Source: Blasia pusilla
Lineage: Eukaryota
Assembly (NCBI GenBank): GCA_050084515.1
Contig: CM114271.1
Location: 14,632,001-14,696,000, forward strand
Length of the DNA stretch: 64,000 nt
Reading direction: 5' to 3'
The notes below the pieces were generated by a model. The model worked only from the letters and a program-made list of their open reading frames with translations, did not search any database and was not told the origin of the DNA. The position numbers and the translations under genes are program-made. Shown here piece after piece: positions 51,915-64,000 of this stretch; position 1 is the first letter of the stretch; each line of letters opens with the position of its first letter.

Positions 51915-53143
51915 TGTTAAGATTTGGATCAGTGAGACTATAATGTACAAGTGTTTCTAGTTTATAGTCGTTTTAGTAAATTCGATCCCAAGAGGATCAG
52001 TGCTTGATGAAAAGAGAGTTCGGAATTACAATTCTGTTGTAATAGTTGTATTTAAAGGTGTGAGTTATATTCAATGTCTTATCAATATCTTCTGATCTTT
52101 CTTAGTACCAAAGGATCTTTTCTCGATTCTCTCTAGTGGACTTGACAGCAGGTTCAGGTGGATTTTCCTCTCGACATCAAGAAACCTCACAGAGATCTCA
52201 ACACAAAAGCTGGCTTCTCCTACTTTCGGAACTCAATCTGTCTCGGCAGGTTACTCTCTGTCAAACAGATTTCCTACAACTCATGTTGATTATTTCACTG
52301 ATGAGAAAGATTCGCCTCATTCACTCCTCATTCTGCAGACCCAAAGAATACTCAGACATAAGCATCGCACATCAGAATGAATGAATGATTGCTTTACTAC
52401 TCCATCAAGAACGAGAAAGCTTCAAAGTGTATACAAGCTCGAGAGGGTACTACTCTCTTGCTCGGACCATTCCTACAACATAAGGACTTTGTAAGAGAAT
52501 GATGATTATGGCTTCTGCCTTGCTTCTTAAATATTCGCTGGAGTGGAAGTGATCCTAAGATTCGAAACGTTCTTGATGAAGCTAGTGTCTCTTCACTATT
52601 TCTAACTACCTAGATCTATGGTTCTCTTAGCTTTTCCTACGATCCCTGTGAATCCGCAGTACAAAACTGTCCTGATTACCAATTTGATACAAAGGGTCGC
52701 GCGCGCCCCTTCCTAGTCTAACTGTTTTAACATGTGTCTCTTGAAATCACAGTCCTTCTTAGCTTCGCTTCGTTGGACTTCAGGAGGACGAAGTACTCCA
52801 TGCTTCGTTCTTATCTCCTGTGCTTCGTACTTCGTGCTTCGCGCTTCGTTAAAGAGCGAAGTACTTCTTTCTTCTTTTCTTCGTGATGCTTCATTATGTA
52901 GCAAAGCACTTCAAAAACAGAGCTTCGTACATCTTCGTTGAGCTTCATTAAGCTTTGTTCTGAGTCTTGAGACTTCGTTATTGCGTTTTCCTCTCCTCTA
53001 AGGCAAATCCTTGATCTTCCATCTCTCTGCCTTGTCCCAGGAGTTTCGTGATTCACTTATTCTTCCTCATAATAATAAATAATCATAATCAAAATCATAA
53101 TATACAAGAGTCTTTGTTGAATAAAAAGATATATTCTTCAACA
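51915..53143. mobile_element. Probable solo LTR (~1.2 kb) with CTTCG-rich repeats
   Basis: Termini TGTTAAGA...TCTTCAACA. Many cttcgt/cgaag units at 52760-52980. No clean TSD. Confidence 0.45.
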
Positions 53144-53329
53144 AAATTGTGGGTATCACAGAGACAAAGAGTTAATTTTTTGGGAGAGGTATGAGAGTCA
53201 ACGTGGTGATGTGTGGAAACATGTCTCATGAACATATACAAGTCACTTTATGATATGTCACTATAAATATCACAGTACTACGCTGTAGAATATACCTTCA
53301 ACATGAGCATATACGAATGATCCCTCTTC

Positions 53330-53800
53330 AAGCTCAACCCAATATACTTGACATCAAAATGGAATTTCAAGAAATCAAACATACATGTAGATACATCCTT
53401 AGGAAGATGTTAGTCAATTGTTCTACTATGGTCCAAAGGCATCGAGATAGGGTTGGATATTATCGTCCCAAACTTGAAAAGCTTTTCAATAGTTTATCAG
53501 CTTTAAAATAACCACGTATTACCACCATTAATGATTAACTCTATATCTAGAAAATACGTGAGCTCTCCTAAGTCTTTCACCTCAAACTTTGCTTGCAATT
53601 GCATTTTGAGATTATAAATCAATTCCTCCTTCCTATCGATCATAATTAAGTCATCAAAAATTTTGTCCTTAAACTCAAAGTAAGTAGAGTGAAGAATCTT
53701 AATTGCAAACTTGAAATTCAAAGGGGTAGTAGCTTTTTTTAGTCCATAAAGAGCCTTCTTAATATGAAAAATGGCCACAATACATTGATTTGCCATTCTA
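53330..53800 (-). mobile_element. Degraded Ty1/Copia RT fragment
   Basis: KKALYGLK and KFEVKDLGELTYFLDIE in ORF 53503-53850. Confidence 0.75.
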
Positions 53801-56639
53801 CTTTGCAACGGAGCTGAACACAATGCCTTCAAGCATTCCACTATTTCCATACATTTTGGGGATTTAAGTAGGGGGCTCCATCCCTTATGTTGCTATTTAT
53901 ATTTTACTTCCACTTTAGATCGTGTACACTTGTCATAAATAGCATTGTCAAAGTTGTACTAAGTGCAAGGTTGTAAGCTTCTCCAAGGCTTCTTCTAAAA
54001 AAGCCTATTTAATAATATAGATCTCTTTAGAGCGATTGATTTTATATACACTCTTTAAACTCGCAAACTTGCTATACTTTACCCATTTTGTCTAGTAATT
54101 TTTCTAAGATCCATAATGTCCACTTGCATAAAAGTATGCTTCTAAGCTTCCTTCAAGTTTCATGATATGATGTGCCTCATTTGAATTGCTTCCATCGTTT
54201 TCTACACATATGTTTAAAAAAACCACCTTTTTCCTCTAATGTATTCTTTCCTATCGGTTGGATCCTTTGTGTTCTCTTGAACTTGTGTGATTTTAATGCC
54301 AACCTATCCAATAGTCTTTCATGCGTAGGCATTTTTTGTTCCAATATCTCTTTCACACAAGGTATACTTGGTGGGTTTCACACAAAGTTTTCTTCTAGAT
54401 CTATCTTCTTTTCGTATCCATTTCATACCAAGAATATTTAGTAGCCTTTCATAGAGAGTCACTCCTCCGTGGACCCAACTTCTTTTGCAAGTTAATTTAT
54501 TTTATGATTCTATGCTCAAAGACCCCCCATTTTCACCACACTTCTATGTGTGATGTCTTAATCTAAAAGGCTACTACTTTACCTTTTCAAATCTATACAA
54601 GATTCAAGATTAGAATTGGTCTCTTCTCATGGCCACACCGTGTAACGTCTCTTACGATTATTTCAGCCTCAATTTTTATATTACAACTGTGTCTTTATTT
54701 TTCCACTTTGAGCCACAAAATTGCATGCCATGATGTTGAGTAATTTTTAACAAAATATACAATCATTTTCCCTCTTAAGAAACAACCCCAAAACTAGGAT
54801 GAGACATGTCAAAAATATACCTTTTCTCTCTTTTCCTTCTTCCAAAACCTATTTTAGCCTAACATTATTTTTCAAATTTGACTAGATAGATAGATAGATA
54901 TCAAAGCGTGAGACAAGTGGTTGAAAATAAGAAAAATAGTAGATTGAGTGCGGGGCAAGTAATAGTTAAGGGATCTTTATTGCTTAGATGCAAAAGAAAT
55001 CACAACATAGCACAATCATTTCAAGGAAAGATATATGAACGTTGTGGATTAGTATATAGAGAAACAAAAGAAGATCAATAGATGTAGATATAAATACCAA
55101 AGTCAAACGTATGTAGCATAGAAAAAGCAGGACTCTCTCTTGTAAAATACCAATGATGTTCATTATGTACTTTTCTAGATCTATTAGTAAAGTATAAATT
55201 GTGATCTGAGGGGGAATCCAAGTTGGAGGCCCAATACGTATGCCTTATTTGATTGATGTTGAGTTTTTTTGTATGTTAATAAGTGTAGTGTGATTCACTT
55301 TCCATATTACGTTAGTGTTGAGAACCTTCCATCTATCATGAGTTTTACGGAGATAAACGAGATTATATTGAGATCTAAAGGAGTCTTTTGTAGTTCCTAT
55401 TTTAGGAGATTATTGTGAGTTGCTACCTTGGAGGTGACCTATGTGTATACGTCATCCTTGCCTTTGTACGTGGCACGCTCTAACATGTTGCTACTTTTTA
55501 TTTGTCTTGTGGCATATCTTGAGGCCTTTTATATTGATGATGGCACTTGGATCCATGAGGAAAAATCTAGGGGCATTTGATATGTGTTATATAGCGAAGG
55601 TGTCCTCTTTCATGAGGCCTTATTCTCATATGGTAACATTTGGTTAAAGTGGGAGTTCTCACAATATTCACAGTCAAGAAAAAATAGATGGTGTGCCTTA
55701 GCAGGAAGGTTACATATGTAGCAAGATATGGAAAGGGCATAAGTGACCTCCCTTGGTGATATATGTGAAAAAATCAACCTCTGTAATCATTCTTGGAATC
55801 TTTTTGGAAGTTTCTTGAAATATATTGGAGATTTCTGATTAGGTAGGAACTTGCAAAGTAGGTTGAGATGACATTTATGAACATGTTACCTTCTTGGAGC
55901 CTTGGGGGCCTTAAGAGGGTATGCCAAAGGGGAAGGCCTATAGAGGCTCATCTTTCCACAATTGAGCCCTCTAAGCGTAGGTTAGGGAAAAGTATTACGG
56001 ACATGCAATAGACATAGAATCCCTCAGATCGAGGGTGGATTTGGCTCAGTTTGTATTTATTTCCCATTTGATTTTCATGTATAGCCTCTTTTTGTGATGG
56101 AGTATATATGGGTGTGACATGTTTGTGATCAATAGTGTATGAGTGTATGTACGTGACAACAATATATATTATGTAGTAGTATATATATGCATCATGAATT
56201 ATATGTGTACTCTAGATATTTAGACCTACTATATATGGGTACCCAACACATAAAAGTTCTTATGGAGTTGTCAAAAAGAGCATATATACTTTATGAAACT
56301 CATTTGGAGCCCATCTTCCTTAAATCATACCCTTGTTGGGATCTATGATGGGGAGCAACTATGTTATTATATTGAGTTTGGATTCTCTTGAGTAAGAGTG
56401 GACTAAGATTGATTATAGGTAATGCATTCATACTTTATTGCATATTGTCTTATATCTTTTGATATTATCACAATATATATTATTGAATAGATGCCAAGCT
56501 CTATTGAGATTGAATGTTGTGCTAACATATTGCATATCAGCTTTACATTACATACCCTTATGATTCTAATTATTATATGAAGCCTATTTATATTGGAGTG
56601 TGTTAAGTAATTCATACATACATATTTTTGGATTCATAA

Positions 56640-57280
56640 TATAGATGGAATCTAGTCAAGTATAAATGACAAGGGTGACACATATTTTCATATTATATAT
56701 TCTTATAGTTACAACCCTTGTTATAGCTTGAGTTGCATGTGCTCTACTAAAATTTTGGTAGCTCCAACTCTAGCTTGGGTCATATTTTCCCAAATTTCAG
56801 TCATATATGAACTTCATGTTAGCCTCATATCATTATCTTATGAAGTGGCTTGTTTTCACTCCTTCTCCTCCTGTATCACCAACTCAATCAATGAAATGTG
56901 GTTAGGATTATTTAGGAGTCTCTATGCCTCGATCTCTACAACATGCTTGTCAAAGAACTTCAGGAAATCATCCATTAGCAAACCTTCAAGATGCTCAAAC
57001 GTCAACATCACTCTCCATGTTACAAAAAGGGTTAAACGGATGGGAGTTATGAATATCTTGTAAATCAAAACAATTTGATCAAATGGGTTGAGGTGATTCC
57101 TAAAAAAGAAACTTCTACCTCATGCCTCATTCCAAGTATACCCCAAGCCACTATACTCACCAACTCTCCCCTTAAATCCTTGAATACATTCAGTGGTGAG
57201 TCTTGTACCCACTCTTACATACAACTCTTACTCTCATCAAGCCAACTCTCAATCTAATCAATATGTAAGTTTGCAATGCA
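56640..57280 (-). mobile_element. Degraded Ty1/Copia integrase-RT linker and RT fragment
   Basis: Minus strand reads RFNPF, KWVYKT-like and LGxxHE-like Copia RT segments, with many stops. Confidence 0.45.
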
Positions 57281-59120
57281 TATTTTAATCTACACCCTCA
57301 TACGACTTGATAAATGTGTAGTTCGTAAATATGCAACTATAATCTACGTTCATCTACATGAACTTTTATCTTAGTATAAGCAACTAAAAAATCCCTAAAA
57401 GACATCCCATATAGGTATTTGCCCCACTAATCCATGAAGCAATAATCATCACTACATATTTATCCATTTAACTAAACATCCATGTGCCCAATACCTTGGA
57501 AAAACATTCTCAAAAAAGTAAGATAAAACATGCATACAATGATGACGATGTCACTATCCCTCTACAAGTGGCTAGTCATCACCAACTCGATCATACTACA
57601 AACTTGTTAACAACACTTTGAATCCTAAATATTGGCACAACTCCCTCCTTCTTAGCTGTGTTGTATGACCACAAGTGATAATCACGATACAGTGGGGATA
57701 AGAGTGTCAAGACGACAATATGTAACATGGTGCAAAAATATGCGGCACTACCCTCTTTTTAATAATTCAAATTCAATATTTCTAGTGCGGAATATTCAAT
57801 ATATATATAACGTGCAAAATAGTATATTCCAAGTATACTATTTTGCACGTTGGGTTTTTGGTTAAGGTTATTTGTAGGACCTACTCTATGAAGAAAATAT
57901 ATGGTTCCCAATCTATAAAACCAAGAAGAAGTTTTAAATTAAAGCTCTTGGTGTAACACTCCCATATTGTTGAACCGCTTCATTGCATGACTTCTTGTGT
58001 CATGGAGATCATTCTCCCTTTGTTAATAAAAAAGCATATCTCACATACAATCAAATCATAACCCACCAAAGTGCATCAAGAGGCATCTTTCTAATAAAAA
58101 AATCATCCATGCCTAAAATACGGGACTAATTTGAAATGGTAGGTTCCTCTAAATTGCCTTACGTAGCCCCTAAGATTGGGGTAATCTACCCTCACATGTC
58201 TTCCCCTTCTCCAATCTATCATCCTCGACCTATGGGTGTAAACTCCCACTATCTCAATATGCCATGTAGATACTACCTGCACTATTATAAATAACACGAT
58301 CATATTATGTAAATGGGCATATTTACCTTACTTTTGGTTATGTTTCAAATGAAGGGATGAGGCATACATATTTGAACAAATTCTTGGACATATGCTTGCC
58401 TTCTAGATGGTCTCGAGATCATTTATGTTTGAAGATTAGTGCATTGATATATAGTTCTCATCATTGCATAGATTTCATTTGAATCCAATTTATCTTCTGG
58501 TCTAAATTGATTTTATTTCCTATCTATTTAGACAATTAATAAGTCTAATAGTCAAAAATTTCAAAAACTTGGAAGTCCCTTTTACATATTTTTTTCTCGT
58601 AATCAATTGTCTAAAAGATTCTTAAAAGATCCATTTTACAATAGGAAGTGATGGAAATTAATTTATAGTGTTATGGGAGATACCAATTTCGGGTGTAAAC
58701 ACTTGTGATGTCGACACTTTTATTTATTATCAACACAAGTTTGCCACCTCTCCTCGCATATCAACTATAAGGATTGTACTTGTAATGATGATTTCCAATT
58801 CAAATTTATACTTAATCACAAGGCACAAAATTGTATCACTATTGCCATCGCATGAGCACTACATCCCCCAAATTTCCCAATGCATTGCACATGCATCATA
58901 CTACTAGATTATTGGATGAAAAATATCTATATCTTTCTATGACATATAGTATACATATATTTCATTATTACATCATTGTTTTCACAGTGCATTGAAAAGT
59001 ACTAATTTTGCTTGACCGAGTTGATATGGATAATTTAATTGTCCATCATTAAAATAAAAATGACTTAATCCATTCATAAATCTCTTATCCATGTTATTTG
59101 TGATCCTATCTTATCATAGG

Positions 59121-59997
59121 TGTCACGACTTTTTAGGATAGATCGGAGAGATTTGGTAGAGCGCCTTTGCGAGTAGAGGAAGACAGGCTCAGTAGGTTGA
59201 GGATGACCCGATGAGATTCCAGGAAACCTGAGAGAGCAGGTTTTCCCTTCATTTCGGCTCATTTGGAGCCATATCGAGAAACTTACTATTTTGGGCAAGT
59301 TTCAATAGTTGGCAAAGTTGATTTTCCACTTTGGGAAGTGTTCGTTGACCTGCTATAGTAGGTCAAGAGCCAAGGAGATGACCCATGAGTATAGATTACC
59401 GAGGAGAGGGCTTGGGAGAGGGAAGGGGTTTACCTCCAAGAGAGAGAGAGAGGGCTTGATAACTCATTCTCTCTTTGTTGAACCTCTTGGCATGAGGCGG
59501 CGGAGCTATGGTCCCTTGCTTTGTGAGTGTAACCCAAGCCTCTCATTAGGAGAGTGGGTTTGGTTTGACATTGAGAGAGAATGCACACATTTGAGAGCTA
59601 TGGTATTGAGAGAGATTGGATCTACTTGATTTACAAAGGGAGAATGAGTCAGTGGGAGAACTTCATGGGGGAGCTCGCTGGTCACTTGCTGGTTTTGCAG
59701 GTTGGGAATAGTATTCCCCATGCAGCGATTCATGGGAGTGCTCACCGGATCAAGAGCCGCTTACTTTTGATGTTTCCTTTGCCGATTTTTTGTGTGGAAG
59801 AGTGGCGCACGAAAGCGCTGCCCAATTTTTGGTAGGGATTGAGTATGGGGGCATTTTGCCTCATGTTGGTACTCTTGAGAGCACCGTGTAGTTTTCTGAT
59901 TTGTATTTTCACAGGTTGTACATTTTCATTGGGAGAAATCAGCGTGCAAGCGCTGCCAAATTTTGCACATGAGAAAGAGACGTTGGGTTGCACGACA
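59121..59997 (+). repeat. LTR-like repeat of the DNMT-Gypsy family (877 bp, TG...CA)
   Basis: Starts TGTCACGAC and ends GCACGACA; reverse complement of 38704-39579. Confidence 0.85.
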
Positions 59998-60112
59998 ACC
60001 TGCACCAAGAGCACCGGCATGGAGCACCGGTGTGGAGAAATCCTCCCCCATACTCAAGCTATTTTAGGTAAGTCCCCTTTTGAGTATATGATCAACTTTC
60101 TATTTTTGATAA

Positions 60113-62022
60113 GTGACCCTTGACCTCCTACATCAGGTCAAGAGCCAAAGAGGCGACTTGGGAGCATAGGTTACCATTGAGAGAGCTTGGGAGAGGGGAG
60201 GGGTATACCTCAAGGAGAGAGAGCTTGAGCACTCATTCTCTCTTTGTTGAACCTGTTGGCATGCGGCGGCGGAGCTATGGTCTTGCTTGCCTTGTGTGTG
60301 GAACCCAAGCCTCTCATTAGGAGAGTGGATTTGGTTTAACATTGAGAGTGCACACATGTGAGAACTATGGTGTTGTGAGAGAGATTGAATCTTATTTTAC
60401 AAAGAGAGAATGAGTAAGTGAGAGAGCTTCATGGGGGAGCTCGCTGATTGCTCGATGTTTGGTGCAAGTTGGGGGATCATGTTCCCCGCTTCATGGCTCA
60501 TGGGAGTGCTCACTGGAGCAAGAGCCGTGCGAGTTTGTTGTTTTTCTTTGCTGATTTTTTGTAAGGGCAAGTGGCATGCGGAAGCGCTACCCAATTTTTG
60601 ATAGGAATTGAGTATGGGGGAGGATTTCTCCATGTCGGTGCTCCCTGTCAGTTTTTGGTGGAAAATCAAATGGAGAAACCAATTGACAAGATCATAGATC
60701 GAGAAGTGGTGTACGCTGATGAAGAAAGAGTGCATAATTTGGAGATTGGACCATGGAGTTCTGATAATTTTTGTCGGGCTGCCATAGCCACCGTTCCAAG
60801 GTCAAGTAAGGAAAGATAGTGGAGATCCAATTTTCCCCAGGGCTTATTCTAGTTTAAAAAATAATTTAAAAAATAATAATACTGTTGATAGGGGACAATA
60901 TCTATCCTACCACGTCCTAGCCGACTGTCCCGGAGATGCGCAAACCGATTGCGCACTTGCTACTGCCGTTGTATGTTGTGTGGTCTGTCGACGCTTGAGG
61001 GCCGCAACCCGGTTGTCGGACTTCCTAGTGCCAACAAAATACTGAGGTGCCGTGTAGTTGTGCGTTGCTCCATCCGACCATGCAAAACTGCCGCCCATAG
61101 AGCCAGGCGTCTGAATCTCTGTCCCCGACCGCCACGGCAGCCTGTGTTCAGGGCCGATTGTTTGGCAATAGGCAACGCGTTGCTAGTAGACTGTTTTCAA
61201 CACCACGTTGCTTGTTGCCGCACAACACACGTCTCAGTGAGAGAGTGAAGGTTTAGTGCCGCGTGTTGGATTGAGTGATTGAGTGATTACTCGCAAGATT
61301 GAGAGTGATCGTGTTAGAGGGGCACGAGGGTCATCACAACGTCCTTTTGGGACTCTAAGAGGCAATGTGGTGGACCTGAGAGTAACTCTAGAGGGTTTAC
61401 CCGGAGTCGTGCGAGGTTTCGAGAGTGTCCACATGAGAGACCACTTCGATCTTCTTATGCGTCGTCTTCAAACAAGGGGGAGAGTGTAGAGGAGTGTGCT
61501 AGTGATCCACCACACATATTGAGTGGTCCTACCAGTTGGGCATACGAGATGGACGACCTGGGTAGAGGACTGCGTAGGTTTTCGGGTGTTATAGGCACTA
61601 TAGAGTTAGATGACTTCATTGGGGGGTTTAGGAGTAGGTGTAACTCATAGCGGGCTAGGAACTCCAGAGAGTTCAACCCGTTTACAACATGGAACGGATT
61701 GTTCCAGCATTTAGAGGGGGCATCTATGGATGATAACTATGAGTTCTCGAAGAGATATGCCCATAAGATTGAGGTCTGGAGACTCTACTATGACCCAGAC
61801 TACGTATCATGGACTGAGTCATTTCCAGATGAGGAGGAGGATTCAGGAGAGGGTTCCTCCACCAATGATGGTTAGGAGGGGTGACTCGCACTGGAGCAAT
61901 TGCATCGTCTAGTCGAGTTCATCCCAGGTTCAACCCGGTGGTTGAGTTCTTTGTTGAGTTTAGGGTTAGCTACCAAGGGGTACGAACGGAGAAGTTGCGG
62001 AGCATCCACAACTTCTAGAGGC
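60113..62022 (+). mobile_element. Third DNMT-Gypsy family copy: partial LTR, leader and gag N-terminus
   Basis: 60113-60640 repeats the internal part of the LTR. 61476-62022 is colinear with the gag at 37390-36825 (SGPTSWAYEMDD.GRG.RRFSG..GTIEL.DF; YQ.VRTEKLRSIH.F). Interrupted at 62023 by a Copia element. Confidence 0.85.
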
Positions 62023-64000
62023 TATTGAAGATTGAGTTACAGTCAAGCTTATGAGACACATGAACTGCTACATTTGGCACTCAAAGGAAGTAGGGAAGCT
62101 TAATCTTAGTTAGTCAATTAAGCACAATTATCTTAACTAGGGTTAGTTAATCACAGTTAGTCTAACTCGAGACTTTGGTTAAGGGTAGGGTTAGGGTTTT
62201 CTTGTACATATCCCATATAATTGAGAAGAGGACCAACCTCCATTCATTCTCTTATTGCAGATTTCGTTCTCCATGGTGATGTGTGTATGTGAGAGCCGTT
62301 TTCCAGGAGTTATGATTGTTAAGCAGTTTTTCACATGGTATCAACGCGAGAGGAGAACATCACTTGAAATTCTTAGTGTTTGAAGAGAGAAGAGAGGCAA
62401 GAGAAGGCACAATTTCAGTTTGGGAGAATGAAATTTTATTCAAAGCTCAGTGGGTGCAGATTTCAAATGGAGCTTTGACGGTGATAAAACTTTGGAGGCA
62501 TTTTTTAGGGCTTTCCTGATCGATTCAGCCGTTTGGGTCCGCTGAGGCTAGAATGATGCCAAAGGTTGGTTCTAGCAATCTTGTAGAGCTCGTTGAGAGC
62601 TTAACAATACACCCAAACTCGCTCAATTTTTGACACTATGAGCTCTTGCAGCATCAATTTCCATGTAGGAAAGTGCAATTAGTGAAGAAAAGTTGTGCAG
62701 TTTGCTCTCTACACGCCAATTTTGACCAGTTCTTTCATACAGTTGATCAATTTTGGAAAATTTCACGTCAATTTTTGTGTAGGAGTGGTCTATGCTTCAA
62801 TTGGAGCAGTAGAAAGCGTGAAATTATGTTTTTGTGAGTAAAATCGTTTATCATGGAGTATTCCTCAACAGCAATCACAGGCGAGAATCTAGACAAGTAG
62901 AATTACAATGTCTTGAAGTTTCGCATGAAACAATTCTCATGGGTCAAGAAGTATGGGAGCTTATCACAGGTGATAAGTCCAAGCTAGAAGGAGACTCAAC
63001 AGACTTGAATGTTCGCGCTTGGAACAAACGCGCAAGGCAAGTAATCCATTATATTTCAATAACGATAAGTTCGCCTATGATAGGTCACATCCAAGATGTT
63101 GATATTCCAAAGGAGGCCTGGGATGCATTGGAAAAGTTGCTCGAGACATCTAAAAAGGCCATAAAGCTTCAATTGAAATAGTAATTGAATGAAGTGAGGA
63201 AAGGATCGCAAAGCATCAATGATTATATTTTGAGTATCAGACATATTATTGATCAGTTGAATAGCATTAGAGTGATAGTAGAAGATGATGATCTAATTTT
63301 ATTCACTCTTCAAGGCCTTCCAAAGGATTACAAGTCCTTTGAGACCTCTATCTCAGTGAGAGAGAAGTATCCAACCTTTCAAGAGTTAGTTAGCAGCAAA
63401 GGGTCCATGGATCTTACAATTACTGTTGGATAAAGGGTAATTATGCAAAATTTTGCTTCAAGAAGAGGGCAAATATGAGAACATGAGCCTTACAGCAACA
63501 AAACTATGTGGAGCAACAACACCAAGAGGAGTACCAAGAACAACAACATTCACAAACGTAGCATCTCTTGGTCATGACTCATCATATAGGAGCAATGGTC
63601 AAGAAAGACTCGACAGTAGATTGGTACATTGACTCCGATGCATCAAATCACATGACCTCACAAGCGAGATGGTTCAGTAGTTTGGAGCCGGTGAAAGATC
63701 TTGCAATTGTGCTCATAGGAGATGACACTCAACATCATATCACGCATACCGATAAAGTTCCAATAGCATCAGATGGTCTTTGTGCTCTTGGAAATGTTCT
63801 CTATGTTCCTACCATTGCAAGAAATCGGATCTCTGTAAGACAGATAGTAGAAAAGGGTTATCAAGTGAAGTTTAACGCAGATGGTTATTTTATTGAAAAA
63901 ATGGATGACCAGACTACAATAGCCATAGGAACTAGATCTGGAAGAATGTTCAAATTAGATGTTTCTATGCTAGAGATTCAAACAACAATATATGGTCAAA
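62023..64000 (+). mobile_element. Ty1/Copia LTR retrotransposon 5' portion (LTR, iMet PBS, gag, protease), degenerate; runs off the window
   Basis: LTR 62023-62335 ending TTCACA; PBS TGGTATCAACGC at 62336. UBN2-type gag (LMGQEVWELITG, KEAWDALEKL, LQGLPKDYKSF). Protease WYIDSDASNHMT (~63620-63660) and NVLYVPTIARNRISV. Confidence 0.9.

Noticed and set aside
59074-60819. Similar short ORFs recurring at 38.7-39.6, 49.0-49.7 and 59-60.8 kb
   Set aside because: They are translations of the repeated LTR sequence, and the frames are not conserved between copies.
1-64000. tRNA or rRNA genes
   Set aside because: None recognised. The only tRNA-related sequences are primer-binding sites at 28413, 30906 and 62336.

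Overview
Repeat-rich eukaryotic nuclear DNA from a land plant. The gene sequences and TE types suggest a non-seed plant such as a bryophyte; this is inference. There are two intact spliced host genes, both on the minus strand. One is plastid beta-ketoacyl-ACP synthase I (KASI; 8 coding exons, 7890-13657, 481 aa, plus a 5'UTR intron). The other is a mitochondrial P-class PPR protein resembling Arabidopsis At1g26460 (6 exons, 43567-46955, 647 aa). The rest is nested, mostly decayed transposons: a full-length 9.6 kb Helitron with an intron-rich RepHel pseudogene, three related mini-Helitrons, a tRNA-Thr-primed Ty3/Gypsy, Copia fragments, a MITE and solo LTRs. The main finding is a Ty3/Gypsy retrotransposon (~32160-39579, minus). 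Its polyprotein carries a complete DNMT3-like C5 cytosine methyltransferase domain between the aspartic protease and the reverse transcriptase. A second fragment with the same LTR-like repeat has an integrase ending in a PHD-finger remnant, followed by an unusual B-A-B terminal repeat. A third copy (LTR + gag) lies at 59-62 kb. Together they point to a retrotransposon family encoding both a DNA-methylation writer and a histone reader.
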